DNA of 64,000 bases from assembly GCF_006345805.1 (NCBI RefSeq), contig NC_043000.1, forward strand, positions 23,932,001 to 23,996,000, written 5' to 3'. The position numbers and the translations under genes are program-made. The notes under the pieces are model-generated. The model searched no databases. It was not told the origin of the DNA and was given only the letters and a program-made list of their open reading frames with translations. Positions 10,232 to 25,332 of this stretch are shown piece by piece; position 1 is the first letter of the stretch; the number at the start of each line of letters is the position of its first letter. This DNA comes from Octopus sinensis. Taxonomy: Eukaryota.

Positions 10232-13200
10232 CTAATGAAGGTAAAAAAAAAAAAATTCTCCATAAGATATAATACTACAATCTGGAAGAAAATACTTAAG
10301 AAAATGAAAATAAAATTAAAATTTCATTTAAAAATTTGAATTTATTCTAATTTATTCAAATCTGCAAGTGTGATATGTAAAATCCATCACAGTATAATAT
10401 TCTTCATAAACACCTAAAGGTAGATGATAATTAAAACAAATGTAATCCTTCATATTTTTTTGTACAGTAAATGGTCCAGTAATCAAAGATGAAGTGCTGA
10501 AAAATTGTTTAAGTACAGCACTTAATTTATAAACAATAAAAATAAAACCAAAAGGACTTGATGCTGAGTAAGGACCAAAAACAAGGTAGTGCAAATACTG
10601 AATAAATAAAACTCAAAAGGAGAAATATGGAACATCTACTGTAAAAGTAAATCTGTGAAACAAAGAGTAATTTTAATTAAATTATGGCTTTATGAGAAGA
10701 AAATAGGATTATAAAAAAATGCAATAATAAGCAGCAGCAGCAGCAGATATAATGATTCAGTAACAGTCAAGTTCTATTTGGTCAAAATGGCTATATACAT
10801 ATTTCTTTGTATAATTATTGTTGGTTTGGTCTGGAGGAAAGAGATATGCCTATGGCTTCTCACAAGTTCCTGTTGAATGGTGAGGCTGATACAGTGAGAC
10901 CAAAGTTTTAGTAATTTTTTAATAATCTTCAGAAAGGACATGAAACTGGTTTGATTTAAACATTTATAATGGGGTATATTAGCCTACCAAACTTCATTTT
11001 GAGTATCAATATACATTTTTAAAAAATTATGAGGGTTGTTACATATTAACCCTACAGAACATTTCTTTTTAAGAAAAAATCTTTTTAATTATGTAATTAC
11101 TCATTTGATAGGAAACTACTTGTAATCTTTAGATGAAGGTAAGACATGAGATTATAATAGATCTCACATTTGCAATTTGAACAGAGGTATCTTACTTTTC
11201 ATCCATACTTTCCTGACCAACTAGAAATTTTGTATGCCATGTTACATAACAGACTGTCCTAGCCTTGACAGGATTGGGAGATATCTAGAACAAAGTAAGA
11301 GGGAAGTAAATAGAGTTGAAGCTGTTGTACTTGTAAACCAAATAATGGAAATTTCATTTTAAAACATCAAGTGAACAGTCCAATGTACTGTATACAGGGT
11401 TTATAGTGAAGAGAAGTTCTTACTCAGATGGTGGATCCAAAGGGTGATTTATTATTTTTTTTTAATTCAAAGAATACCAACAGCTGTCTATTGAACAAAT
11501 AATTAGGAAATACACTTACCTTCAAAGAATTATTTGGCATTAACTGCTTTTTATATTGAATACACCTGAAATTCTTTCAGCCAACGTAAACATAATTGGA
11601 TCATTTTTCATATAATACATGAAATGCTTAATGAGGACAAAAAAATGTCTTGGGAAACAGCAGCAAATAATTTTTCAAGTTACAGCATCTTGAAGAAATA
11701 AAAATTTAAGTCTATCTCTATACATGAATCAATAAAAAGGGAAACAGATTTAACTAGAAATATATCTTCTCCTTTGTGTTCCAGCTATGGTCTAATCATG
11801 GACATTTTGGATGTAGAGTTTTACAGTCAAACAGATTTTCTTGATGCTACATGTTCTAATGTGGCTAATCAGCTGTCTATTATTAGAAGCTACCTTTTAT
11901 TAAAGGTGTGGACAGCCTAACCAGTAAAGCACAAATTATTTTAAAATTCTTAATTTGTTTGTTTTTGCTTTATTTAAAAGGATTTTTAACAGCAGTTATT
12001 TTTAAAACAGGACTTGTATCTATAATGTCAATAAAGCATTATAGACTATCCTTAAATCTGTATCTACAATAAAGACTTATCAAGTAGTATTCTTATTTTC
12101 TAAGATGCCAGCTAAAAGTAGGCATGTAAATGAAATTTATTAAATTACAAATCTAGGATTTGTTCATTAGGATGTAATGAACAGTTAATAAATTTAAATA
12201 ATTAAAAAAAAAACATGTACTTCAATATATCAACTGTAAATAAAAATGTTGAGTTTGTTAATAGAACATCATTAAAAAAAAAAATCAACAAGCCAAAATC
12301 TAGAGAAATATTAGATTTAGATTGTTTATGATGGTTGTATGTAAAATGATTAAAAACTATAGTGAAGTAAATTAAAAATAAGTATATTTCTAATTTACAT
12401 AAAATCAGTGAAAACTAAAAGGAAATAAAGTAAATAAAAATGAAGGTATGCAGCCCCTTAGGTTCAATTATTGGCTATTTGCGAATCAACTTCGATACTG
12501 GTTGAAAATCAGAAAGATTAAACTCCATTTGCTCAGTCATCACAATACAGCACACATTGCAGTAAAACTATTCTTGTTCAGTAAACCCAATAGATTAATC
12601 AACTGGAATTCTATTATTTTCATTGTATTTCCTTTTAATCTATGTAAATACTAGATAATCATGATGGTAGTGTTGATAAAAATACTATTTTAAATTAACC
12701 GAATATTGTGAAATTTCAATTCACTAATTGTTTCTAATTTATGCACAAGGCCAACAAATTTGAGGGAAGGGGTTACTACTGGCTCCAGTATTTGACTGGT
12801 ACTTTATTTTATTGACTCCAGAGAGATGAGGATCAGTGGAAGGCAAAACTGACAAATATCAGATAAGCCATTTCTTTGGTAATATTTTCCACAATGTAGT
12901 TCACATGAACAAGCACCTGTTCAGGCTTCAATTTTCTTAGAGTATAGACGGATGTAATCCCATACATTTTACAGTCAAGACATTAGTTTTGCTCTGAAGG
13001 ATGGTGCGGTGATATCAGAACATGATATTCTGCAAGTTCATGCATTTTGAAAGATGTAGTACATTCCGGAAACTGCTGAATAATGTTGTACATAGGCATG
13101 AGGTCTAGTGGTTAGGTTGTAGCTCACTATCATAGGATTGTGGCCTTGATCCCCAGACCAGGTGAAACACTTCTCACATTGCTGGCACACTGTGCCCCTG

Positions 13201-13908
13201 TGCAGGAAATGTTGATTTGATGGAGTGGGTGAGCTAATGTGCAACACAAGCATTTGATCATTATAAACAAATCATCTGTGCCAGTTGTTCTGCAAGAAAT
13301 CACAGAGCTTTCATCAGTCATTTGTGACATGAGAGGAAATTGCACTGAGACTATCAAAAAGTATTCAGCAATAAATTCTTTTCAATTATTCATCAACTAA
13401 GTTTTAAAAATGCATAAACAAACGGTTAGCATAAGTGTTTAATGAAAATAACTGACAACACAAACAATTGTACAACTGTTTGATTTCAAGGAGTTCAAAG
13501 TTCCATTTTTTGGAGTATTTAGGAACTAGAGATTTATATACTCCACTAAGATCATGTATTCTTAACAGAAGGTTTAAATCAGATAACCAGCTAACCACAA
13601 TGTTAAAAAAAAAACATCACCATAAAACAGCTTGCTGATGAGATGAGCTTAGTACAGGTTGAAACACTAAACTGAAACCGTTTTCTCTAAGATCTACTTT
13701 CAACAAATGAAGTCAAAGTATCTGAAGGGAATTGTGTTCCTATGACAAGTCCTCATACAACTACAACCACTTATACAAATTAAACTTGCTGGAAAATAAA
13801 ATTCCCACATATATTTTTTTACTCTTTTGCTTGACATTATTATTGTTGTTTGAAGGAGTATAGGAAAATTTATAAAGAGCCATCTACGTGCATCTATAAA
13901 GTGTATGG

Positions 13909-14541
13909 ATCATCATCATCATCATTTAGCGTCCGTTTTCCATGCTAGCATGGGTTGGACGGTTCAACTGGGGTCTGGGGAGCCCGAAGGCTGCACCAGG
14001 CCAGTCAGATCTGGCAGTGTTTCTACAGCTGGATGCCCTTCCTAACGCCAACCACTCCGAGAGTGTAGTGGGTGATTTTATGTGCCACCGACACAGGTGC
14101 CAGACGAGGCTGGCGAACGGCCACGCTCGGATGGTGTTTTTATGTGCCACCGACACAGGTGCCAGACGAGGCTGGCAGACGGCCACGCTCGGATGGTGTT
14201 TTTATGTGCCACCGACACAGGTGCCAGATGAGGCTGGCGGACGGCCACGATCGGATGGTGTTTGTTACGTCCCCAAAGCACGGAGGCCAGTCTATGCGGT
14301 ACTGGCTACGGCCACGTTCGGATGATTTTCTTGTGTGCCACCGGCACTGGTACCACAAAGATACAAATTCCATTTATGTTCATCTATTTTGATTTGTTTT
14401 GATTTGATTTGATTTTCACTTGCCTCAACAGGTCTTCACAAGTGTCACAAGAAGGAAGGTATGCACAGGTGGACTGACTACGTCCCAGGTAGGGGCCACG
14501 GGTTATGGCCTGACTAGTCTTGCCGGGTCTTCGGATGGTGT
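13909..14541 (-). mobile_element. (GAT)n-tailed retroposon with an internal ~62-bp tandem array
   Basis: Same family. Three near-identical CpG-rich ~62-bp units at ~14076-14262 plus two diverged units. Confidence 0.85.
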
Positions 14542-16104
14542 TATGAACAGAAAGAGTTGATGATCGGAGGATATGTTGAAGAATAGTTAAACTAAGGAAC
14601 CTTAGAAAGTAGATGAATCAAACTTGAGATAGATTAGTCATCTTGGATTAGATGATGAAACAAAAAGAAAATTATGGTTTCAAGTGATTAGCAGACTCAT
14701 TAATAGCAATATAAACACATGTTAAATATATTTAGTTTTGTTATAGTTGCTGAGGTTGTAATCATAGAATGGAAGTCATACAGTCAGTCAACTAAGTCAA
14801 TAGAAACACAAACCACAGTGAAAATAAATATTCTGAAACATTGTTTATCAAGGATTTACCAAACACATATATCAAATATATACTTAATCCAGTTTATGGG
14901 CACCCAAAATGCATCAAGTCATGTATGTTCATTGAAACAACAGTATAGTAATATTTACTCTTCAAAATTAAAGAATGTGGAATTTAAAATGCTCTCACAA
15001 TCAGAAATGTTGATTTAAAGTAAATTAAATACACTTATAATACTAATTTTAATGAAATGCCAAGTAATATTTGACAATGGTTCTAAAATCTTTATTTTCA
15101 CCAAGGTTTTGCGACCAACCATACAACCCCTATTGCATGACTGCAATCATAACCAAATTCTTTGTAGTCTTTGTAAGTTTAAATGTAAAACTGACAAGGG
15201 GATAACTTTATAAAACAAACCTGTCTTTTAAAGTCACATCTAACAAGAGATGGTCAAGTTGAGGTAAGTGTAGTTAATATGGAACTTGTTGGGTTAGAAG
15301 TTAGTGTATTGGAAACTAAACAGGACCAGAGTGGCAGTTTGCAAAATAGTTTTAAGGTATAAAGAAACAGTATGGGTATTATGTAGGAACTAGAACAATG
15401 GATGGAGTTGTTTAGACGGTGAAGTCAGTAATTTATAAAGATCAGAGTTCACTATAACAATAGACAGAAGGGGGGATACGACAAATGATAATGGACTAGC
15501 AACTGAGTCTAAACTAATTTTGTACTTACACCTTAAACATTTTGTTAAATAGGAAAAAATTAAAATTGGAAAAAGAAATTTTACTCCAATAATTGTGGCA
15601 TTTGGATCAATATAGATTTTTAGCAATAATGTTAAATGTAGGCATGGCTGTGTGGTTAAGTTCATTTCTCAACTACATGGGTTTGGATTCAGTCCCACTG
15701 TACAGCAACTTGGGCAAGTGTCTTCTACTACCAACCCTGGCAGAACAATACCTTGCAAGTGTGTTTTAAGTGCATGTGTGTCACTTCATGCAAACGTTTT
15801 CAATCTGCAGTGAGCTAATGTTACACATGTTGACATCACTGTTTGAAGTTGGTATGAAACTACTGAAGTTTGTTTCAAATTATCCACTAGCTTCTAAATT
15901 CCTCTGGATTTAAAATTCCCTTATTTGGAAAACAGGTAAAAAGCATCCAGCCATAAAAATCCTACCTCAAGTACCTCCCTGCCTAACCCTTGTTAGCATA
16001 GAAAAACCGACATCAAGCAAACAAACTAATACTTCATGGTGGATGTTATCAAAAAAGTTATTAAAAATTCTTTACATAGTGCTACCATCTTCTATGTCAC
16101 TGAC

Positions 16105-16331
16105 TTAATCCTTTAGCATTCAAACTGACCACATCTGGTCCAAACATTCTACATGTTTTATGTTCAAACTGACTAGATCCAGCCTCTCACACCAACCCTA
16201 CAATATCATTCTAAAAACATACAATTACATCATTGAAATCTCAAAGGTATGGAATAATGCATGATTAACTGAAAACAATGTGAATAAGTGGCATTACATT
16301 TGACAAAGTAATCTGAATGCTAAAGGGTTAA
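16105..16331 (+). mobile_element. ~220-bp piggyBac-type MITE (copy 1 of 3)
   Basis: TTAA-(T)CCTTTAGCATTCA ... TGAATGCTAAAGGG-TTAA. Homologous to 21027-21250 and, inverted, to 58499-58717. Confidence 0.8.
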
Positions 16332-17282
16332 ACCTTAATACACTGCTTCTGTTTACTATGTAATAACAAGAACTTAGCCATATTTTTACAAAATGCTCTT
16401 TTGTATTTATTCTTGTGGCAAAGAAGGCTCCAAGTCACATCAAGGAGTTTCTTTAGTCCTGCTATCCACAATAAACACGTTTATACACTGTTACACAAAT
16501 TGGTGAATCCAGCCTCCTCATAATGCAATATAGTGCAGTAAGAAACACCGTTTAAAATATCAGTGTTTTGTTTGCACAGTGTGCAGCAGATGTAGACCAG
16601 AGAAAATTAAAATCAGGGCAAACTTGAGAACTTTGTATCATATTGGGGAAAAAAAAAACACGCTGTAAACTGTGGCATACTGCATGGACATAAAAAAGAC
16701 AAAACATCTGTTAACAGAAAGGAGATGGCAGCTCCTTTGATGTTACAATAAACTGTACTAAGTTCTTTTTCACACCCGCTCTGCCAGCATTGTTGATATT
16801 AAGATTATATGAATATCACTAAGGCACACCAACTGCATTAACTTGGCAGGCATAAATTATTCTAAAAGAATAAAGAGTATGCATTGGTGTTAGTGATTTA
16901 TCTAATACAGATAGGTGTGAAATTACAGGAATATGAACCAACACAACATGAGAGGCAATACTGCATTTTAAATTATACTAAAAGCCCAACAAGATTATTG
17001 CTCAGTTAATTTAACAAATTAAAACAGGACATATATAAATGTTTGCTACAATACTACTACTTCTAATACTAACAGAACCTCTAAGGAACTGTGACTATTT
17101 TAAAACAGACTATGTCTATATTTGCAACATATCTATTATCAATGGTTAATGAATCAGGCTTAGATGTCATTTCATCAATGAAATGTATCTTTTACATGCA
17201 TAGAAAATTTACAAATTGATTCTGCAGCAAATAGAAAAGGTGAAGAAAATTCAAAACATCAATCAAAAGGAAAGTAACTTAC

Positions 17283-17393
17283 AAAATTCTCTGTTTTTCC
17301 AATTCAGCTTTCTTTTCCTCCTCTTCCCGACGTTTAGCACGAATAATAAGATCTTCATCACTACTTGAACTACTAGAAGAATATGATCGCCGC
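17283..17393 (-). CDS. ARGLU1: ARGLU1 coding exon 2
   Basis: Acceptor tttatatttacag|G and donor TT|GTAAGT. 111 nt encoding RRSYSSSSSSSDEDLIIRAKRREEEEKKAELEKQRI(L). In frame with exons 1 and 3; EEEEKKAE matches the ARGLU1 family. Confidence 0.92.
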
Positions 17394-20300
17394 CTGTAAA
17401 TATAAACAAACACTTAGAATAACATTTTGAAAGGTGAAAAATATTAGAAATATCCACAATATCATATCTTTAATTAAATATAATATTCTGTAATTAATAG
17501 ACTGTTACATAACCTTTACCTAAAATTAGTATCTACCATAACACACTTCAATAGTTTCTGGTTTGACTGTTCAATTGGAGCAAGAAGGAAATACCTTAGG
17601 ACTGACATTTACATTCAATGAGATTTAGGGGGGGGGGGTACCAGTACAAATAGGGGTTGGACAGGGGTCTGTAGAAAGGCATATCAACACTCCTCTTGAT
17701 CCAGTGCCCTATCATCAGCAATGCACAATCTCACTACTTTTTCCCATATTTTTTTCCAGTACTAAGTACCTGCATCTAGCTCACTCAACACACATTGTCC
17801 ATTCACACCACATATCCAGTGCACTGATCTTCTGCACTTATTCAGCTGAGGCTTTTCATGCCTAGCTCTCAATTCACTTGTTCTTTGAATTCCTTACAAG
17901 TTAATGTTGTACATGCAGTGGGTCATATTTAATACACTTCTCTCAAGCTTCTGCAGCTCCTCGACATCCAATGCCCATATTTCACAACCAATTATTATTG
18001 TTGTCTGTCTTTTCCCAAAAGAGAGGAACCTCTTTTGTCATTTTCTTCCAGCTCTTTCTTACTGACACTCTAAAATTACCCCCAACACTAAATAGATCAC
18101 ACAGGTAACATGCTATTAATCCCTCAAGTGAGCCAGCCCAGCAATATTAGGAATTCACCTTACAAGTACTCACTCTACCACCTGTATGTCTAAGCCTCGT
18201 ATCTCTGATAGATTGTCAGAGATCCTAGTGTTTACCTATTGCATGCACCGGTCGTTACGTTTTTTACCAACTCATTTCCTACATGCTGAGCAAATCCATT
18301 TCCTAAGTGGCATGAAGTCATTTGCCATATTCGCTGTTTGACTCTAGACCATGCTGCTAGGTTTTGAAAATTTTTTCTACAGCTCTCCAACATATTCTAC
18401 AATGAAAGCCAGATTTTCAACATATATTTTTTAGATTTATTAGAAACTATGCAAATAATGAGACATTACTTAGATTATACTGAATATCAGTTGTAATTCT
18501 TGTTTAGTTCTTATGGTTCTTGTCAGACCAGTTAGTCCTGATCCAACAGACTTCCGATTTAAAGGTTCTTCAGATGACAACATTCACTTTCCATGCTGGC
18601 ATGGGTTGAATGGTTTGACAAGAGCGAGCTAGACAGAAGACTGCCCCAGGCTTCAGTGTCTGTTCTGGCATGGTCTCTATGGCTGGATGCCCCTCCTAAC
18701 ACCAACCAGCCAGCCCAACAATGTACTGAGCGCATTTTACATGGCACCAGCACAGGCAAGGTCAGTTTCGGCATGGTTTTTACAGCTGGATGCCCTTCCA
18801 AATGCCAACCACTTTACAGAGTGGACTGGATGCTTTTTACGTGGCACCAGCACTGGCAGAGTCACCAAGTAACCTGCAAGACAAAGATCCTTTGAAAGGG
18901 TATTGGAGGAGGTGATCTTGTGCCAGATGATGAAAGGTTAAAATTTGACAGAGAGACAGAAACAGGTATCTTACTGTAGAGGAGATACATGGTTATCTGG
19001 TGTGTGATTGAAAGAGAGAGAGATCAAGTATGAGGACAGAAACAGATGAGTTGTAAAGATACATGGTTACCCACTCAGAGGGAGAGAGAGAGAGCAGGAG
19101 AGGGATGGTGGCAAAGTGCCAGGGCATACTCGCAAGTAACAGGGAACAAAATATAAATGGGATGGTAGAGTAGAGCAATTTTCAGATACATTATAACTAG
19201 GTATATGATCTCTTTTGAAAATCGTAAAGTGTGAACTGAATGGGATTTTACTGCTATTTCCGGCAAGTTAGACAACTCCCTTGAGGCTGAATATCAGCAG
19301 AAACATTTGTTATCATTCATCTTACTCCTTACTAATGTAAATAAGTTTACCTTTTTACGTTAACAGTTAAACAACTATCAATTCAGATCTCCTGAGACAA
19401 CTCAGCATGTCTAACATTACGATTAAATCTAACAGCGTTACCGTATACTCTCTTTCCTGTGAAGAGAAAGATAGGATGGCTTTGTTATGAAAAACAACAG
19501 CAGCTTTTTAACTACACACCTTATGCTTATTGCCAACCCTCCCTCTTCAAATGTAGTTGTATTTACAGGATATTGAAACATCTGTCAGTTATACATCAAG
19601 TGACTCTATACTGTCATCATAAGTCCACCTTTAATCCTACCACATCTCTTACAAACCAATTTTAGATCTAATGCAATATAGTTTGTTACAATGTAACTAA
19701 TACACTTCACATGCAAGAAGTTTACTGAAATGCAAAATAATTGATAGTTGATTTTTTTTTTTTTTATATTTTAAAATTATAGGTCTATAATTGTAATTGA
19801 TATTCCAGATTTCTTTGGTCAAACTATCTCTACTCTGTAATTAAGAAAAATATCTTTTTAAACAAAAAATGGTACCTGGCAAATGATTTTCATACAATTA
19901 TGGTTACAGGTTCAGGCATGCATATAAGGTTAGGAAACTTGCTTGGCAACTATGGTTTCAGGTTCAATCCCACTATGCAGGACCTAGAGCAAGTATCCTT
20001 CTACTAATGTCTTGTGGGTGGATTTAGTTGACAGAAGCTGTGGAAGCTTGGTGTCTGTGTCTTTTATCTTTTGCTTGTTCCAGCCTTTAGGCTGCAGTCA
20101 TGCTGGAGTACCACCTTGAAGAATATTAGTCATACGAATCAATCCCAGCACTTCACCAGTTGTCAAGCAGTGGTGAGTGACAAACACACACAGATACAAA
20201 ACAGGCTACTTTCAGCTTGTGTCTACCAGATCCACTCACAAAGCTTTGGCCAGCCTGAGGCTATAGCTGAAGATACTTGCCCAAGAAACCATGCAGTGTG

Positions 20301-21026
20301 TGTGCGTTGTCCTAGTTCCCCAACCATTGCTCGACAACAGCAATGGCTTGTTTACACTCCTATAACTTAGCAGTTCGGCAAAAGATACGAGTACAATAAG
20401 TACCAAACTTGCAAAATTCATTAAAGAAGCAATATTAAGATAAAGGGTCAGAAAGAATTATAGCACATCAGTATTTATGGATAGTAGAATTCACAATCAA
20501 GTAAATGGAGTTTACGATGTCAAGATGTGAAACATTTATAACTTAAAGAGGTAAACAACTGTGAGAGACTGAAATATTTCTTGGTTATTATAAAACTTTG
20601 TCTTGGGAAGGCTAAAAATAGAAATTGGTGCAAATTTATATTTGAGACTTAAAATTTTGTTATATTTCTGTTGAAATATACTGCCTTTCTTTTAATTAAT
20701 TTTTAACATAATGGAGAATTTACTCAAATTACTTTGTCATTATTAAGCTGTTGTTTTGAGAATAATTTTACATGAAAGTTTGATGGAAGGTCTTATTTTA
20801 GATCTCTGCAAAAAAAAAAAGTTTATACCATAAAGCCAAGGGTTGTTTTGGGCAGGTTGATATCAAAAGGATTAATCCTGTAGGATAAAAAAGCAGTTTA
20901 CTAGCCTGGGAAGTGAAGTCAAATATAATGCTGTTGAGCTTTGTGACTAAACTGTATACAGTGCCGTACACGGTTGAAAATTTAATGATTTAATATGAGC
21001 AAGACCTGGTAGTGATTTTTCAATCT

Positions 21027-21250
21027 TTAACTCTTTAGCATTTAAACCAGCAATATCCAGCCCAAATATTCTACCTGTTCTATGTTCAAACCAGCCAGAT
21101 CTGGTCTCACACCTACCCTACTATGTCAATCTAAATATAAACAATCACATCATCAAAATCTTGAAACTATGAGACAATGTAGGATTAATACAAAACAAAT
21201 GCAAATAAATAAACATTACACAGTAATCTAATCTGATGCTACAGAGTTAA
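21027..21250 (+). mobile_element. ~220-bp piggyBac-type MITE (copy 2)
   Basis: TTAA-CTCTTTAGCAT ... ATGCTACAGAG-TTAA; internal sequence matches 16105-16331. Confidence 0.75.
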
Positions 21251-21359
21251 ACATGCTCAACTATGCCCTCCCTAATAAGATCACATTAAGCAAAAACAAA
21301 AAAACAAAAAGGTTACTTCACAAACCCCCATAAGAGGTTTTAATTTATATTTCACAAAC

Positions 21360-21638
21360 AGTGCCGCCTCGACTGGCTTCCGTGCAGGTGGCACGTAAAA
21401 TGCACCAATCTGACCGTGGCCGATGCCAGCCTCGCCTGGCACCAGTGCAGGTAGCACGTAAAAAGCACCCACTACACTCACGGAGTGGTTGGCGTTAGGA
21501 AGGGCATCCAGCTGTAGAAACATTGCCAGATAAGACCGGAGCCTGGTGCAGCCTTCTGGCTTCCCAGATCCCCGGTCGAACCATCCAACCCATGCTAGCA
21601 TGGAGAACGGACGTTAAACGATGATGATGATGATGATG
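21360..21638 (+). mobile_element. (GAT)n-tailed retroposon
   Basis: Family core motif and (GAT)n tail. Confidence 0.85.
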
Positions 21639-23311
21639 CTATGCTTAGATTTGACTTTCTTACTACCATCAGTCAAATTCTTAGAAGCTGCAGTTATGTC
21701 ACTCCCACTTAAGTACATCTGTCACAACTTTCTTTTAAGTAAAACTTGCATTAATCACTTTGTCTAATCAGTGGTGATTAGATATATATCAAGACTTCTG
21801 TAGGCTGAGAATACTAAATGTAGCAGTAGTTTAATCAGAAACATAAGACATCAAATAGACACCATCTTAAATGATTTATTGAAGATGATAAATACATTCT
21901 CTTAAGTGTAAATAGATAGATTTATTTAGATAATAGAATTCTACTGTTTTACACCCACATTTCTTTGCTGGCAGTGAGTGGAATGGTTTTGTTTGAAGCA
22001 ATTGTTTTTACAGCTGGCTGCCAATTATAAAATATTTATCAAGTAGTTTAATTTGAGCTGAAGTTGAGCTAGCAAAAACTTTGTGTCTAGTAGGTTGTTA
22101 TTTGAGTGGTACAAGCTTTGGTAACTGCTCTGTTGAAAACTGAAGAATTCTCTTATGAAGGATAGACTATTTAACATGTCTCAGAGGATGGTGTACATGC
22201 ATGAAATAGAGCTATCAAAGAAAGAGTATTAAAGAGTTTAGAAAATTAAGGTATTATTCCACTGGATATAAAAATAATAACTTGAATAATCTAAGTGCAG
22301 AAGTAGATAATGTTTTGGTTTAGAATAGTTGTTGGTGCCATGTAATTGGCATCTGTGCCGGTGACTCATAAAAAGCACCTTTCGAGCATTGGGCCTCACG
22401 GAGACAATGACTGAGATCTTCGACATTATGTTATGCTTAAGAAGACCCATCAAGCCAAGTAAAATCGCAGTTGCGGCAGATACTGGTGTCACACAAATAG
22501 CACCTGTGCCAGTGGCTCGTAAAAGCACCCATTACACTCTCGGAGTGGTTGGCATTAGGATGGGCATCCAACTGTAGAAACCATACCAAATCAGACTGGA
22601 GTCTGGTGCAGCTTGCCAGCCCTGGTCAAATTGTCCAACCCATGCCAGCATGGACAAAGGATGTTGTATGTACTATCATAATTAGCAATCAGAATAGAAG
22701 TGTTGGATGTAAAGTATTGTAGAATACAAGGAATTGATGAAGATTTCAAAATAAAAGTAGTAAGTAGAACAAAGCTTAGATGGTTAGATAGATGACACGT
22801 AATTAACACAAATAAGATATCAATCCAAGATTGCAGAAACAAAAGAAATAATTCAAATTTCATCTCAACTTTTTTTAAATACTGACTTCTTACATTTGTT
22901 ACCATCACTGATATAACATTGGCTTGCCAGTCCTCAGTCAAACCATCCAGCATGGAAAGCGGACGTTAAATGATGAAGATGATGAATGCTCCTATGAAAT
23001 ATAATTGTTATTGTCATCATTCAGAAAACCATATTCCATGCAGGCAAGGCTTGGATGGCTTGGTAGGATCCAACAGCTCAGAGGACTGCATTGAGCTCCC
23101 ATGCCTGCTTTGGCAAGATTTCTGCAGTTAGAAGCCTTTCTTAATGCCAACCATTTTATAGAGTGCACTGGATGCTTTTTTTTTTTTTTGTGTTACCAGC
23201 ACTAGTGAGGTCACCAAGTAGCTCACAAGCCAAAACTCTTCGATTGAAAAGGGTGTACTTTTGAGGGAGGTGGCTTTATGCTAGGTGTTGAAAAGCAATA
23301 GTACGATAGAG

Positions 23312-23496
23312 CAGTGCTCTGCAACCTTTTTTCACTTACGGTACAGTTATATTGTTTTCAAAATTCAGTCACACACCTGAACTAAAAATATAACTAAAAG
23401 TATAGGGAAAATATTATATTCAGGTTACACTGTGGCACACCTAGCATCGTCTCATGGCACATGAGTGTGCTGCAGCATACCAGTTGCAGAGCACTG
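23312..23496. mobile_element. hAT-type MITE
   Basis: 14-bp TIRs CAGTGCTCTGCAAC/GTTGCAGAGCACTG; degenerate 8-bp TSD cgatagag/tgatagaa. Confidence 0.75.
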
Positions 23497-24825
23497 TGAT
23501 AGAAGGATAGGAACAGGTGTTTTGCAGTAGATGAGATACATCTAAAAGACAAGCTGAAAAAAGAGAAAGGATGGTGGTGATAAGGTGTCTGGATGTACCT
23601 TTAAAAGAAAAAGAGGGTGAATGTAAGGTAGATAGGGACTGGGGAACAGGTATTGTTTGCTTGCAGTCCACTGTAAAAGCATGTCTGAGCTTCTTGACAT
23701 GCTGTACACCTTTATAAATAAAAGGCTTGTCCATATGGCGTCATTTATTTCTAGTTCTCCATATAAACATTCCTGGGCTGCTTGTTGCTCGACTGACTGG
23801 GAGATTACAACACCACTTGAAAAATAGTGTGAGTTGGCAACAAGAGCATCCAGCCATAGAAAAATCTGCTCCAACGTACTCTGGTTAGACCCGTACAAGC
23901 ATGAAAAAGTAGATGTTAAAACCATAATAGTCTCTCTCTTTCTCACTATATACACACAGCTACCTTTTAAAATATAAATATAAATGAAACTAATATTCAA
24001 GTAAACACTATATTCACTGGATGTAGAGTCTAAATTAAAACATTAATCATTACTTCTCACAGCACATCAATATATTCTTCTTGCATTCATATTTATAATC
24101 AATCTGTGCTGACATCCCAACCCACCACTAACCTATGTTCTGCAGATTATTTCATGTTCTTAATTTTCTATTCCAAAATTATGCACTGAGGCTACAAGTT
24201 AATTTCCAAAACAACTTAAAATAGAAAGTTATTTCAACACCTGAAAATGCTATATTGGCCAATATCAATATTTTTTTTTTTAGATTCTGCAAGATAATAT
24301 CTTCAATAATCTTTATCCATTCTCATTTTAGTTACAAGGCCTAACTTCCTAATCTCTAAGCTAATCATCTTGCCTCGAAACTTCACTGCTCTATGAATGA
24401 AACTACTGTTTCATCGAATAGACACGATCCAATCTTGGCAGGTTCATATCAATAACATAATCTCTCTAATACCTCTAATACTCAGACAACAGATCATAAA
24501 TAGCTGCTTCCTCTCCAGTTAGCACAGCTTTTACTGTTACTGCTTTGCATGGTTGCATCACAACTTTTCTGATAAAAACATTATATAGTCTAATATTTAT
24601 ACAAAAAAAAAAGCATTAGCTTCCAAATATTTCACGCTACAAAATGATGGCTCTAACATCACAGTAAGTTACCTAAAAACATATTGTATTTCGTTTAATA
24701 AATCATCTCACAAGTGTATATAATTAATTGTTCACGAGGCCCAAATGTATTTAAAATTATTGAATTGATGAAAGTGTTAGTTTAGCAATAGCTCAGCTAC
24801 ATCTAATGGATGTCTGTTTTCTTCA

Positions 24826-25110
24826 TCATCATCATCATTTAACGTATGTTTTCCATGCTGGCATGGGTTGGATGATTTGACTGAAAACTTGTAAGCCAGG
24901 GAGCTGCACCAGGTTCCAATTTGATATGGCAAGGTTTCTACAGCTGGATGCCTTTCCTAATGCCAACCACTCTGAGAGAGTAGTGAAGTTTTTTATGTGT
25001 CACCAGCATGGGTGCCATTAACCTGACACTGGCCACAACTACTGTCTCACTTGGCTTGATAGGTCTACACAAGCACGGTATATTGTCAAAGATCTTGATC
25101 ATTCCACACA
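24826..25110 (-). mobile_element. (GAT)n-tailed retroposon
   Basis: (CAT)n on the plus strand followed by the reverse complement of the family core. Confidence 0.8.
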
Positions 25111-25332
25111 GAAACTAACACCATGTTCCAACACCTTCATGTTCTCAATCTTATACCATTCAATTCTTTAAATTTCTCACTTGGAAAGTTTCCTGAAATA
25201 TGTTTTCCAAGAATTGTAGGTTTTAACAATTCATCTTAATCTTTGAAATCTACAAAAACTTAATATCAAAATCAGCACACTTCAACATTTTGTCCTTCAC
25301 ATTTCTAGTCGCTTAATATCTTCCACCCTCAT

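Noticed and set aside
14076-14340. Regularly spaced direct repeats resembling a CRISPR array
   Set aside because: The units are tandem with no unique spacers, lie inside a eukaryotic retroposon, and there are no cas genes. The same applies to 54480-54700.
21410-21460. GGCCGATGCCAGCCTCGCCTGGC resembles the 5' part of the HDV ribozyme
   Set aside because: I could not build P1, P1.1 or P2 pairings or a J4/2 catalytic C; it is a simple hairpin in the retroposon unit.
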